Assembly (NCBI GenBank): GCA_002159155.1
Contig: LZRQ01000119.1
Coordinates: 1-62,878 of the forward strand
Origin: Firmicutes bacterium ZCTH02-B6
GTDB taxonomy: Bacteria; Bacillota; Limnochordia; Limnochordales; ZCTH02-B6
Direction: 5' to 3'
Length of the DNA: 62,878 nucleotides
In this document: piece after piece, positions 36,056 to 45,743 of the stretch
Layout: the number at the start of each line of letters is the position of its first letter
Numbering within the stretch: position 1 is the first letter of the stretch
Made by a program: the position numbers and the translations under genes
The notes under the pieces: generated by a model
Database searches by the model: none
What the model saw: only the letters and a program-made list of their open reading frames with translations
Told to the model about the DNA's origin: nothing

Positions 36056-37187
36056 GCCGCTGCATATCGAGCAGGTCGTGGTCCATCACGTGCGCTTGCC
36101 CATGAGGGCGCCGTTTGTGACCGCATGGGGTGCCCAACGGCAGCGGGACGTCATTCTCGTAGAAGCCGTCGCAGCGGGCGCCGGCGAGGGGCTGGCCGGC
36201 TGGGGCGAGGCGCCGGTGCTGGCCCAGCCGGCATACAACGAGGAAACCGTGGCCACTGCCTGGCACATTCTCAACGACTTTCTCGTCCCCCTCGTCCTGC
36301 GCACGGCCATTGCCGACCCGCGCGACATCCATGGCCGCCTGGCGGCGTTTCACGGGCACAGCATGGCCAAAGCGGCCGTGGAGGGGGCGGTGTGGGACCT
36401 GTGGGCCAAACGGTCCGGACGGCCTTTGCGAGAGCTGCTGGGTGGCACTTCCGTGCGGGTGCCTGCCGGGGCGGTCGTCGGCGTTCAGGATGACACGGCG
36501 GCACTCTTGCGCCAGGTGGAGGCCAAACTGGCCCAGGGCTATCGCCGGGTCAAGCTCAAGGTGCACCCAGGGCGGGATGTGTCGGTCATCAAGGCGGTGC
36601 GGGATGAGTTCGGCGACATCCCGCTTGCGGCGGACGCCAATGGGGCGTATGGCGTCGAGGACTTGCCCGCCCTGCAGGCACTGGATGCCTTTGGCCTTGC
36701 GATGATCGAGCAGCCGCTGCCTTGGGACGATTTCCTCGGCCATGCGCACGTGCAGGAGCATCTCAAGACGCCCATCAGTCTGGACGAGACCATCGCAACC
36801 GTTGGCCACGCCCGCCAGGCCCTCGCCCTCGGCAGCGGCCGGATCGTAAATATCAAACCTGGCCGACTGGGCGGTCTCGCGCCGGCGCTGGCTGTCCACG
36901 ATGTGTGCCGTGCTGCCCGGGTGCCGGTCTGGTGCGGCGGGCTGTTGGAAACCGGCGTAGGGCGCGCCCACAACGTGGCGCTGGCGTCACTTCCCGGCTT
37001 TCTTTTGCCCGGCGATCTGGCGCCGCCGGGAGAGTATCTGGTTGAAGACATCGTTGAGCCCCCCCTCATCTTGGACCGGGACGGGTTTGTCCCGGTACCA
37101 GACGGACCCGGCATCGGCGTCGCGGTAAGGCGCGACCGCCTCGCGGCCTACACCGTCCGGCGGGCGGTGCATCGTGCTGGGAAGTAA
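36033..37187 (+). CDS. Enolase-superfamily o-succinylbenzoate synthase / N-acylamino acid racemase
   Basis: From GTG 36033: VDALIPDEPLHIEQVVVHHVRLPM... with metal and acid-base motifs (VKLKV, AADANGAY, MIEQP, SLDE). The upstream 146 codons of the ORF overlap mutY in another frame and are rejected. Confidence 0.8.
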   Translation: MDALIPDEPLHIEQVVVHHVRLPMRAPFVTAWGAQRQRDVILVEAVAAGAGEGLAGWGEAPVLAQPAYNEETVATAWHILNDFLVPLVLRTAIADPRDIHGRLAAFHGHSMAKAAVEGAVWDLWAKRSGRPLRELLGGTSVRVPAGAVVGVQDDTAALLRQVEAKLAQGYRRVKLKVHPGRDVSVIKAVRDEFGDIPLAADANGAYGVEDLPALQALDAFGLAMIEQPLPWDDFLGHAHVQEHLKTPISLDETIATVGHARQALALGSGRIVNIKPGRLGGLAPALAVHDVCRAARVPVWCGGLLETGVGRAHNVALASLPGFLLPGDLAPPGEYLVEDIVEPPLILDRDGFVPVPDGPGIGVAVRRDRLAAYTVRRAVHRAGK

Positions 37188-37358
37188 CCCCTGGCAGATC
37201 CCTCCGTCCGTGGCAGAAGTTCTCCGGTCGCCCGGGGGAGGAAGCGGGGTCCAGAGAGAGAAAACGGGAGCAAGAAAGCGAACACACCCCACGGATGGCA
37301 ACGCTGGCCAGCAAACTCGACACACTCATTCGTCGCAGCAAGAAACGGGGGATTCGCG

Positions 37359-38135
37359 TTGCTCCGGTCTACACCGCGCGCGCCGCGCCTTGAGTCCAAC
37401 GCCCTTGCCACGATCCTGCTACTCTTGATCATGTTCTTTTCCGGCATCTCTCCCGGTGTTCCTGACGGAGCGCCGCCGGGGGCTTCACCTGCACCCGCAG
37501 GGCCGGAGTCAACTTCTGAGCCGGTCGATCCGGGAGCAAATCCCGGAGCGCCCGTCCCGTCCGCAGGACCGGCAGGCGCGGCGGCTAAACCGCTCTCCGG
37601 ATACACCATCGTGCTTGATCCGGGCCACGGTGGCCGGGACCCCGGTGCCTTAGGCGTAAGTGGGCGCACGTGGGAAAAGTACAACGCGCTGTTTGTCGCC
37701 CTGGATGCCAAGGCGCTCTTGGAGCAGGCTGGGGCCACGGTGGTGCTGACGAGGACCAGCGATACGTACCCGACGCTGGCGGAACGGGTCCAGCTGGCTC
37801 ACAGCCACGGCGCGGACCTGTACATCAGTATCCACAACGACTGGAATCAGGACGCCAACATCCGCGGCGTTACGACCTACTACTGGCACGAACGCAGCCG
37901 GCGCCTAGCCGAAGTATTGCAGGCGGAACTGACAGTTCGCCTGGGGACCCGGAGCGTCGGGGTTCTACGTCAACCTTTCTACGTCATCCGCAATACCCAG
38001 ATGCCCGCTGTCCTGCTGGAGCTCGGGTTTTTGTCTAACCGGGAGGAGGAGGCGCGTCTTGCGGACCCGGCGTACCGCTGGCGGGCCGCGGAGGCCATCT
38101 ACGCCGGGGTGCTGCGCTACGTGACTGAGGCCTGA
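37359..38135 (+). CDS. N-acetylmuramoyl-L-alanine amidase (Amidase_3 family, CwlD-like) with an N-terminal TM segment and a Pro/Ala-rich linker
   Basis: Catalytic-domain pattern IVLDPGHGGRDPGA ... DLYISIHND ... PAVLLELGFLSN. Start uncertain. Confidence 0.85.
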   Translation: MLRSTPRAPRLESNALATILLLLIMFFSGISPGVPDGAPPGASPAPAGPESTSEPVDPGANPGAPVPSAGPAGAAAKPLSGYTIVLDPGHGGRDPGALGVSGRTWEKYNALFVALDAKALLEQAGATVVLTRTSDTYPTLAERVQLAHSHGADLYISIHNDWNQDANIRGVTTYYWHERSRRLAEVLQAELTVRLGTRSVGVLRQPFYVIRNTQMPAVLLELGFLSNREEEARLADPAYRWRAAEAIYAGVLRYVTEA

Positions 38136-38186
38136 AGGCAAGAGCCCGGCGCAGCGCCAGGCCGGGCAGCGAAGAGCGCCGGCGCG

Positions 38187-38222
38187 GTCCGGCCGGCACC
38201 CTGCGCAAGGGGCCGGCCGGAC
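38187..38222. terminator. GC-rich stem-loop between the convergent amidase gene and hemL
   Basis: GTCCGGCCGGC / GCCGGCCGGAC 11-bp stem with a ~14-nt loop, followed by GTTGCTTT. Confidence 0.5.
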
Positions 38223-38258
38223 GTTGCTTTGAGGCGCCAAACTGAGCTTGGTCCCCGG

Positions 38259-39560
38259 CTACGCCGTCGCCCGCGCCACGGCGGCGAAAGCGCGCTCCGC
38301 GGCGTTGAGGGTGTACTCGATGTCCTCAGCAGTGTGGGCCGCGGTGACGAACCACGCCTCGTAGATGCTGGGTGCGAGGTTGATGCCCGCCGCGATCATC
38401 TCACGGAAGAAGAGGGCAAACGCTTGCGCGTCGCTGCGCTCCACCGCGGTGAAATCCTTCACGGGCTCGTCCGTGAAATGTACCGACAAGGCGCCGCCTT
38501 TCTGGTTGACCACAACGGGCACCCCGTGGCGGGCAGCCGCCTGGCGCAGACCGTCGGCGAGAACGGTGCCCAGCCGGTTGAGTCGTTCATAGAGCCCGTG
38601 CTCCTGTAGCGCCTTAAGGCAGGCGAGGCCGGCGGCCAGTGACAGCGGGTTGCCGCAAAACGTGCCGTCTTGGTACACCGGTCCCAGCGGTGCCACGAGG
38701 TCCATGATGGCTGCGGGCCCGCCGTATGCGCCGATAGGGAGACCCCCACCGATGATCTTTCCCAGCACCGTAATGTCGGGTTTGTACCCTAGCTCGTCCT
38801 GGATGGCTCCGTAGCGAAACCGGAAAGCGGTGATCACTTCGTCATAGATGACGAGCGCGCCCGCTTTGGCCGCGGTCTCGTGCACGGCCTGCAAAAAGTG
38901 GGGTTCCGGCGGGACGATGCCGAAATTGCCTACAATGGGCTCCACTAGGACGGCGGCGACCTGTTGGCCCACGGCGTCCATCACCCGGGCGAGGGTGACC
39001 GCGTCGTTGTAGGGCAAGGTAATGACGTCGGCCGCGACACCATCCGGAATGCCGGCGCTGTCGGAGATCCCTAAGGTGGAGGCCCCGGAACCGGCACCGA
39101 GCAACACGGGATCCGAGTGGCCGTGGTAACACCCCGCGAACTTGACGAGCTTGCCGCGGCCGGTTGCGCCGCGGGCGAGCCGGATGGAGGTCATGACCGC
39201 CTCGGTGCCCGAGTTGACAAAGCGCACCTTCTCGATGCCGGGAATGGCTGCTTTGAGGTGCTCGGCAAAGCTGATTTCCAGCTCGTGGGGCGTACCGTAG
39301 ACGGTTCCCCGTTCCGCCGCCTTGGCCACGGCCTCTGCCACCGCGGGGTGGCCGTGACCGAGGATCAGGGCGCCATAGGCGCCGAGGTAGTCGATATAGC
39401 GGTTGCCGTCCGCGTCCCATAGGTAAGCCCCGTGGCCGCGCCGCATGTAGATCGGGTGCTCCATCTGCACCGGCGCGAACGAGCGGGAGGGGCTGTTGAC
39501 GCCGCCGGTGATATGCTGAACGGCCCGCCGAAACAGCTCCTGCGAACGCTGCAAGCGCAT
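38259..39560 (-). CDS. hemL: Glutamate-1-semialdehyde 2,1-aminomutase
   Basis: ATG 39560 lies 7 nt after AGGAGTG. MRLQRSQELFRRAVQHITGGVNSPSRSF, with the PLP lysine region LGKIIGGGLPIGAYGG. Confidence 0.93.
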   Translation of the reverse strand: MRLQRSQELFRRAVQHITGGVNSPSRSFAPVQMEHPIYMRRGHGAYLWDADGNRYIDYLGAYGALILGHGHPAVAEAVAKAAERGTVYGTPHELEISFAEHLKAAIPGIEKVRFVNSGTEAVMTSIRLARGATGRGKLVKFAGCYHGHSDPVLLGAGSGASTLGISDSAGIPDGVAADVITLPYNDAVTLARVMDAVGQQVAAVLVEPIVGNFGIVPPEPHFLQAVHETAAKAGALVIYDEVITAFRFRYGAIQDELGYKPDITVLGKIIGGGLPIGAYGGPAAIMDLVAPLGPVYQDGTFCGNPLSLAAGLACLKALQEHGLYERLNRLGTVLADGLRQAAARHGVPVVVNQKGGALSVHFTDEPVKDFTAVERSDAQAFALFFREMIAAGINLAPSIYEAWFVTAAHTAEDIEYTLNAAERAFAAVARATA

Positions 39561-39646
39561 GGACGTCACTCCTGTCGGCAGTCTCAAGGAAACCTAAGAG
39601 CGTTTCGCTGCGGGTGCCTGGTTTCCTCCGCCAAAGTGTGCGGCCC

Positions 39647-39675
39647 TTGACAGCCCCCTACCGCTCGGGCACAAT
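39647..39675 (+). promoter_or_regulatory. Promoter candidate for the suf operon
   Basis: TTGACA (39647-39652), 17-nt spacer, CACAAT (39670-39675). Confidence 0.4.
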
Positions 39676-39743
39676 GGAAGCGATGTAAGGGCGGCCTTTA
39701 TATTAATGAAGGCCGCTTGTCAATGGAAAGGAGTCGACACTTG

Positions 39744-40502
39744 ATGAGCAGACCTACCCTGGAAATCAGGGATTTGCGTGTCAGCATCGAGGGCAAGGAG
39801 ATCGTCAAGGGCCTGTCCCTGACCATCAAGGGCGGCGAGGTCCACGCCATCATGGGCCCAAACGGCTCGGGAAAAAGCACTCTCGCGTACACCTTGATGG
39901 GCCATCCCCGCTACGTCGTGGAGGACGGGGAAGTGCTGCTCGACGGTGACGACGTGCTGGAGATGGAGCCCGATGAGCGGGCGCGCCGGGGCTTGTTCCT
40001 CGCGTTCCAGTATCCCGTGGAGATCCCCGGCGTGACGGTGGCCAACTTCCTCCGTACCGCCTACAACGCCGTCCACGGCGACGGCAAGGAAGTCTCCGTG
40101 CTCGAGTTCCACAAGAAGCTGCGCGAGGAAATGGCTGCGCTCCAGATCGACGAGGAGTTTGCCGGACGCTACCTGAACGAAGGTTTTTCCGGCGGCGAGA
40201 AAAAGCGCCACGAAATTTTGCAGATGTCCTTGCTGCGGCCCCGCATCGCGATCATGGACGAAACCGACTCGGGGCTGGACATCGACGCGCTCAAGATCGT
40301 GGCTGAGGGCGTGAACCGGCTGCGCAGCGACGAGCTGGGCGTGCTGGTCATCACCCACTATCAGCGTATTCTCCGTTACCTGCAGCCCGACTACGTCCAT
40401 ATCATGATGGACGGGCAGATCGTCCGCTCCGGCGGGCGGGAGCTGGCCGAGGAGCTGGAGGAGAAGGGCTACGACTGGCTCAAGAGCGAGATCGGCGCGT
40501 GA
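39744..40502 (+). CDS. sufC: Fe-S cluster assembly ATPase SufC
   Basis: [23 protein letters not shown], Walker [24 protein letters not shown]-loop [10 protein letters not shown]. Confidence 0.93.
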   Translation: MSRPTLEIRDLRVSIEGKEIVKGLSLTIKGGEVHAIMGPNGSGKSTLAYTLMGHPRYVVEDGEVLLDGDDVLEMEPDERARRGLFLAFQYPVEIPGVTVANFLRTAYNAVHGDGKEVSVLEFHKKLREEMAALQIDEEFAGRYLNEGFSGGEKKRHEILQMSLLRPRIAIMDETDSGLDIDALKIVAEGVNRLRSDELGVLVITHYQRILRYLQPDYVHIMMDGQIVRSGGRELAEELEEKGYDWLKSEIGA

Positions 40503-40527
40503 GCTGGCCGGCAAGGAGGATACGTCG

Positions 40528-41829
40528 ATGACCACGCAGACCAAGCTGGATCAAGGATGGATCGCGGCCTTGTCCGACCGCACCGGCGAGCCCGCATGGC
40601 TGCGGGAGCGGCGGCTGGCCGCATGGGGCCGTTTTACGGAACTTCCCGTGCCCGCCTACGAGCGGACGCGGCTTAAGGAATCCCAGTTTGAAGACTTCGC
40701 CCCGGCGCAAGGCAGCGGCCCGGTCCGCAGTTGGGATGAGCTGCCCGCCGCCTTACGGGAGCAGGTGGGCGACCCGGCTGGACGTGCCTTGGTGGTGCTG
40801 GCCAACGGCAGGGCTGTCTATCGCCAGCTGCCCGAGGCGCTGCCTGAGGGCGTCGTCATCACAGACTTGGCTACGGCGGTGCGTGAGCACGCGGTCCTGG
40901 TCGAGCCGCGGCTTTTGGTGCGCGGCGAGCAAGGTCTGGACAACAAGGTGACGGCCTTGAGCGGCGCCCTGCACACGGGCGGATTGTTCGTATACGTGCC
41001 CAAGGGTGTCGCGGTGCCCGTGCCCGTTGAGTACATCCTCTGGATGGACGAGTCGGGGGTGGCCGTTGGCGATGTGGCCCTCATCGTCACCGAGGCCCGG
41101 GCCGAGGTCACGGTGTTGGAGACAGCCGTCAGCGCCCCGGGTGTGGAACGGTCGGCTCGATTTGGCTTGATCGATGTTTTCCCGGGCGAGGACGCACGGG
41201 TAGTGTGCGGCAATGTCCAGGCGTTTGGCCAGGGCGTGCAGAGCCTGGTCGTTCGCCGGGTGCTGCCGGCGCCGCGGTCCCACGTGGACTGGGTGGCGGC
41301 AGAGTTTGGGGCCGAGCTGTCCGTCAATGAGATGGACAGCCGGCTGGACGGGCGTGGCAGCGAGGTGCGGGCTCTCGGTGTCTTCTTTGCGGGGGACCGG
41401 CAGCACATCGACCTCGAGATGCGCATGATTCACACCGGCCGTGAGACGGCCAGCGACATCTTGGTCCGCGGCGTCGTCCGCGATCAGGGCCGGGCGGTGT
41501 ATGGGCCTTACACCCTCATCAAGCATGACGCCAAGGACAGCACCGGCTTCCAGCGGGGCAACACGCTGGTATTGGATCCTCAGGCCCGGGCCTACAGCAT
41601 CCCCCAGCTGCACGTGCAGGAGGATGAGGTGCAGGGGGCAGGCCACGCGGCCACGGTCGGCAAGGTGGATCCAGAGCAGCTTTTTTACCTGCAAAGCCGC
41701 GGCCTCACCCTGCAGCAGGCGAGGCGCCTCATTGTGGACGGGTTCTTCTATCCCGTCACCGACCACATCCCGGTGGAGGCGCTCAAGACCAGGGTCATGG
41801 CCATGGTAGAACGGAAGATGAGCGCATGA
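40528..41829 (+). CDS. SufB/SufD-family Fe-S assembly scaffold protein (the only such paralogue in this operon)
   Basis: 433 aa with the C-terminal beta-helix pattern GHAATVGKVDPEQLFYLQSRGLTLQQARRLIVDGFF. I cannot assign it to SufB or SufD by eye. Confidence 0.8.
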   Translation: MTTQTKLDQGWIAALSDRTGEPAWLRERRLAAWGRFTELPVPAYERTRLKESQFEDFAPAQGSGPVRSWDELPAALREQVGDPAGRALVVLANGRAVYRQLPEALPEGVVITDLATAVREHAVLVEPRLLVRGEQGLDNKVTALSGALHTGGLFVYVPKGVAVPVPVEYILWMDESGVAVGDVALIVTEARAEVTVLETAVSAPGVERSARFGLIDVFPGEDARVVCGNVQAFGQGVQSLVVRRVLPAPRSHVDWVAAEFGAELSVNEMDSRLDGRGSEVRALGVFFAGDRQHIDLEMRMIHTGRETASDILVRGVVRDQGRAVYGPYTLIKHDAKDSTGFQRGNTLVLDPQARAYSIPQLHVQEDEVQGAGHAATVGKVDPEQLFYLQSRGLTLQQARRLIVDGFFYPVTDHIPVEALKTRVMAMVERKMSA

Positions 41830-43049
41830 TCGACGCGCGGGCGCTACGCAAAGACTTCCCGGTCCTGGACCAGCGCGTGAACGGTCGGCCGCTGGTGTAC
41901 CTGGACAGCGCAGCTACCGCGCAGAAGCCGCGGCCGGTAATCGACGCCGTCCGCCGCTTTTTCGAAGAGGACAACGCCAACGTGCACAGGGCCATCCATG
42001 CTCTGGGCGAACGGGCGACGGCCAAGTACGAGGAAGCGCGCCGCAAGGTGGCGCGCTTCATCAATGCGCCGTCGGAGCGCACCATCATCTTTACCAAGAA
42101 CGCCACCGAGTCCATCAACCTGGTGGCCTACAGCTGGGCCAGGGCGAGGCTCAAGCCGGGCGACGAGATCCTCGTGAGTCCCATCGAGCACCACTCCAAC
42201 TTGGTGCCATGGCAGCTGGCGGCCCGGGCGACCGGCGCGACGCTGCGCTTTTTTGACGTCACCGAGGACGGGCAGCTGCGGCTGGACAACCTCGATTCGC
42301 TGATCAGTGAGCGGACGCGGCTGGTGGCGGTTACCCACGTTTCCAACGTGCTGGGCACCATCGTCCCCGTAGCGAGCATCGTGGCCGCGGCCCGGCGTGC
42401 CGGCGCGGTGGTGCTCGTGGACGGCGCCCAGAGCGTCCCGCACATGCCGGTGGACGTGCAGGCATTGGGCTGCGACTTCTTTGCCTTTTCCGGGCACAAG
42501 ATGGGAGCGCCGACCGGGATCGGGGTGTTGTACGGGCGCGAGGAGCTCTTGGAGGCGATGGATCCGTTCCTGGGCGGCGGCGATATGATCAGCTCCGTGC
42601 GCCTGTCGGGATCGGAGTGGGCGGAGCTGCCCTATAAGTTTGAGGCGGGCACGCCGCCCATCGCAGAGGCCATCGGCCTCGGTGCGGCCATCGATTACTT
42701 GACGGCCATCGGGATGGACCGGGTTCACGCCTACGAGCGCCGGCTCACGGCGTACGCCCGTGAGCGCCTTGAGCAGCTGCCTGGGATTACGATTTATGGT
42801 CCCAAGGAGCGCGGGGGACTGCTCACGTTCAACGTGGATGAGATCCATCCCCATGATCTGGCCACGGTCTTGGATCAGCACGGCATCGCGATCCGGGCTG
42901 GGCACCATTGCGCCCAGCCGGTCATGGAGTGGCTGGGCGTGCCAGCCACGGCGCGTGCCAGCTTCTGGGTGTACAACACGGAGGACGACGTCGAACGCCT
43001 GGTCGAAGGACTGCGGGCCGCAAAGGAGTTTTTCGGGTATGTCGCTTGA
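41826..43049 (+). CDS. sufS: Cysteine desulfurase SufS (class II)
   Basis: 407 aa with PLP-Lys region FSGHKMGAPTGIGVLYG and active-site loop RAGHHCAQP. Confidence 0.93.
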   Translation: MIDARALRKDFPVLDQRVNGRPLVYLDSAATAQKPRPVIDAVRRFFEEDNANVHRAIHALGERATAKYEEARRKVARFINAPSERTIIFTKNATESINLVAYSWARARLKPGDEILVSPIEHHSNLVPWQLAARATGATLRFFDVTEDGQLRLDNLDSLISERTRLVAVTHVSNVLGTIVPVASIVAAARRAGAVVLVDGAQSVPHMPVDVQALGCDFFAFSGHKMGAPTGIGVLYGREELLEAMDPFLGGGDMISSVRLSGSEWAELPYKFEAGTPPIAEAIGLGAAIDYLTAIGMDRVHAYERRLTAYARERLEQLPGITIYGPKERGGLLTFNVDEIHPHDLATVLDQHGIAIRAGHHCAQPVMEWLGVPATARASFWVYNTEDDVERLVEGLRAAKEFFGYVA

Positions 43050-43485
43050 GCACAGCCACCCGATTCAGCTCAACGAGCTGTACCGGGACGTGATCATGGA
43101 CCATTACCGCCGGCCCCGCAACAAGGGGACGCTGGAGGACCCGTCAGTCTCCATCGCCCTCAACAACCCGGTTTGCGGCGACGAGATCACGCTGCAGCTG
43201 TTGGTACGGGACGGTCGCATCGAGCGAGCCCGCTTCATGGGGCGCGGCTGCTCCATCAGCCAGGCGTCCGCGTCTATGATGGCGCAGCAAATCGAAGGCA
43301 AGACGTTGGCCGAGGCGGAGGACATGATCGCCCGCTTTAAGCGGATGATGCACGGCGACGAAAAGGCGGGCGAGCCCTTGGGGGATCTCATGGCGTTGCA
43401 CGGGGTGTCCAAGTTCCCAGTGCGCGTCAAGTGCGCGCTTCTTTCTTGGGAGGCATTGGAACGGAGTCTGGAGCAGCTGCGCTGA
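43039..43485 (+). CDS. sufU: SufU/IscU-like sulfur-transfer/scaffold protein
   Basis: ATG 43039 overlaps the sufS end. LYRDVIMDHYRRPRNKG, NPVCGDEITL, GCSISQASASMM, with the SufU-type insertion before the third Cys. Confidence 0.9.
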   Translation: MSLEHSHPIQLNELYRDVIMDHYRRPRNKGTLEDPSVSIALNNPVCGDEITLQLLVRDGRIERARFMGRGCSISQASASMMAQQIEGKTLAEAEDMIARFKRMMHGDEKAGEPLGDLMALHGVSKFPVRVKCALLSWEALERSLEQLR

Positions 43486-43509
43486 CGTACTCGTCGCCGC
43501 CAGCTGCTC

Positions 43510-45684
43510 CTAACCTACCGTCCCTTCAGACCGTTCCCTCTGCTCGGCGTCCCGCACAGCCGCCGCACGCTCATGGCTCAGGGCGCCGTCAGCCGGGGAC
43601 TCCCGGTTTGCCAAGAGCTGGTCCTTGTATTGAAGCTCGTAAAGGCGATAGTACAGCCCGCGCAGCTTGAGCAACTCTTGATGCGTCCCCATCTCACGGA
43701 TGCGTCCCTTGTGCAGCACAATGATTTTGTCGCAATGCTGGATGGTGGACAACCGGTGCGCGATGATAATGGTCGTGCGCCCTTGGATCAGGCGCGTGAG
43801 CGCCTGCTGAATGAGCTGCTCGGTTTCCGTGTCAATGTTGGCGGTAGCCTCATCAAGCACCAGGATGGCCGGGTCGTAGGCCAACGCCCGAGCAAAGGCC
43901 AACAGCTGCCGTTCTCCCGCCGACAAGCCCGCTCCCCGCTCGTGCACGGGCGCTTTGTAGCCCCCAGGCATGCGGCTGATGAACCGCTCCGCATTAACCA
44001 GCCGCGCCGCCTCGCGCACCTTGGCCGCGCTGATCTGCGGATTCCAGAGGGTGATGTTGCTCTCGATGTCGCCCGTAAACAGGAACACGTCTTGCAGTAC
44101 GATGCCGATGTGCCGCCGCAGGTCTTGTCGCTTGACCCGGCGGATGTCGACGCCGTCGATCAGGATTTGCCCCCGCTGAATGTCGTAGAAGCGGTTTAGC
44201 AGGTTGATGATGCTGGTCTTGCCAGCCCCCGTAGCGCCCACCAGAGCGACCGATTCCCCTGGCTTCACGTGAAAGCTAACGTCCTTGAGCACCCATTCTT
44301 CGCCGGTGTAGGCGAACCAGACGTTTTTGAACTCGATCTCGCCCCGCACTGGCGGGAGGGACGCCGGCTCGGACGGGTCTTCCTCGGGCGTGGTGTCAAG
44401 GATCATGAAGATCCGCTCGGCTGACGCCATGGCCGACTGCATGATGTTGTACTTCTCCGTCAGATCGTTGATGGGGCGGAAGAACGTCTGCATGTATTGG
44501 ATGAACAAGTATAGGACGCCGAAGTCCAGCGTGTTTTGGATGACCCGCCCGCCGCCGTACCAGATAAGGACCGCGAGACCCAGGGAGGAAAGAAACTCCA
44601 CCGCCGGCCGGAACGTGGCGAAAACCCGCACTTCCTGCATCATGGACTGGTAGTGGTCACGGTTGATCTCATCAAACTCCCGGAATTTCCGCTCCTCCTG
44701 GTTGAAGATCTGGATGATCCGCATGCCCGCCAAGTTTTCGGCCAGCGTCGCGTTGATCCGCGCGAGTTTGACCCGAACTTGCCGGTACGCATCCCGCGCT
44801 CGGACGCGAAACTGGATCGTCACCAGGGCAACCAGCGGCATGACGGCCAGGCTCACCAGGGCCAGCTGCCAGTGGACGCGGAACATGACAACGAGAATCC
44901 CCAAAAGAAGGAAGATGTCCTGGAACAGGTTGACCAGGACGCTGGTGAACATCTCGTTGAGATTGTCGGTGTCGTTGGTGGCCCTGGTCACCAGGCGCCC
45001 GACGGGGTTGCGGTCAAAGAACTGTACAGGCAACCGCTGCAGGTGGGAGAAAAGCTGCTCGCGGATGCTGTAGACGATGCGCTGGCCGGTGTAGTGCAAG
45101 ATGTAGACCTGGCCGTAGTTGAGAAAAAACGTCGCGGCCACGATGGCCAAATACAGCCACGCCAACTGGGCGACGGCACGGAGATCCGGCTGCCGCAGGT
45201 CCCGGATATCGTCGGAGTTTAGGCGCACCGCGGGAAACGCTTGGCCCGCGGCGACGATGGTGTGGCCGTCCGGCCGGGCGATGAGCTCACGGGTTTGCGT
45301 GCGCTGGTCGATCCGGCCGTCGATCAGGTAGTACTCGCTGGCCGTGCCCGTGTCGACCACGACGATCTGGTGCCAGCGCTCCACGGGCATACCTGACGGC
45401 ACATCCGATTCCTTGACCAACACGTACCCGTTCCACAATACGCCGGGAGCGGGCTCAGTCCCCGGCGCGAACGCGGCCAGCGGCTCCTCAAAGGCCAACA
45501 GGTGCTCGTCGATGGCGATGCGGACGATATACGGCCGGACAAGCTCGCTAGCGGTGATGAGCAGGATGAGGGCGAACGCCGCCACCATCCAGCCGGTAAA
45601 GGGGCGCGCATAGCGGAGAAGCCGGCGCATCAGGCGCGCGTCGTAGGCTTTCCCCAATACGTCTTCCTGATGGAAATCTTGCAC
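43510..45684 (-). CDS. ABC exporter half-transporter (TMD-NBD), consensus NBD, with a ~125-aa extracytoplasmic insertion between TM1 and TM2
   Basis: 724 aa. Walker A GATGAGKTS, Walker B ILVLDEAT, non-canonical signature LSAGERQ. Soluble-looking insert at roughly aa 58-185. Confidence 0.88.
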   Translation of the reverse strand: MQDFHQEDVLGKAYDARLMRRLLRYARPFTGWMVAAFALILLITASELVRPYIVRIAIDEHLLAFEEPLAAFAPGTEPAPGVLWNGYVLVKESDVPSGMPVERWHQIVVVDTGTASEYYLIDGRIDQRTQTRELIARPDGHTIVAAGQAFPAVRLNSDDIRDLRQPDLRAVAQLAWLYLAIVAATFFLNYGQVYILHYTGQRIVYSIREQLFSHLQRLPVQFFDRNPVGRLVTRATNDTDNLNEMFTSVLVNLFQDIFLLLGILVVMFRVHWQLALVSLAVMPLVALVTIQFRVRARDAYRQVRVKLARINATLAENLAGMRIIQIFNQEERKFREFDEINRDHYQSMMQEVRVFATFRPAVEFLSSLGLAVLIWYGGGRVIQNTLDFGVLYLFIQYMQTFFRPINDLTEKYNIMQSAMASAERIFMILDTTPEEDPSEPASLPPVRGEIEFKNVWFAYTGEEWVLKDVSFHVKPGESVALVGATGAGKTSIINLLNRFYDIQRGQILIDGVDIRRVKRQDLRRHIGIVLQDVFLFTGDIESNITLWNPQISAAKVREAARLVNAERFISRMPGGYKAPVHERGAGLSAGERQLLAFARALAYDPAILVLDEATANIDTETEQLIQQALTRLIQGRTTIIIAHRLSTIQHCDKIIVLHKGRIREMGTHQELLKLRGLYYRLYELQYKDQLLANRESPADGALSHERAAAVRDAEQRERSEGTVG

Positions 45685-45743
45685 GTGTCACACCTTCTAA
45701 AGGGCCCTGGACGGGGCGTCGCCAATGAATTCGTAGCCGGGCT

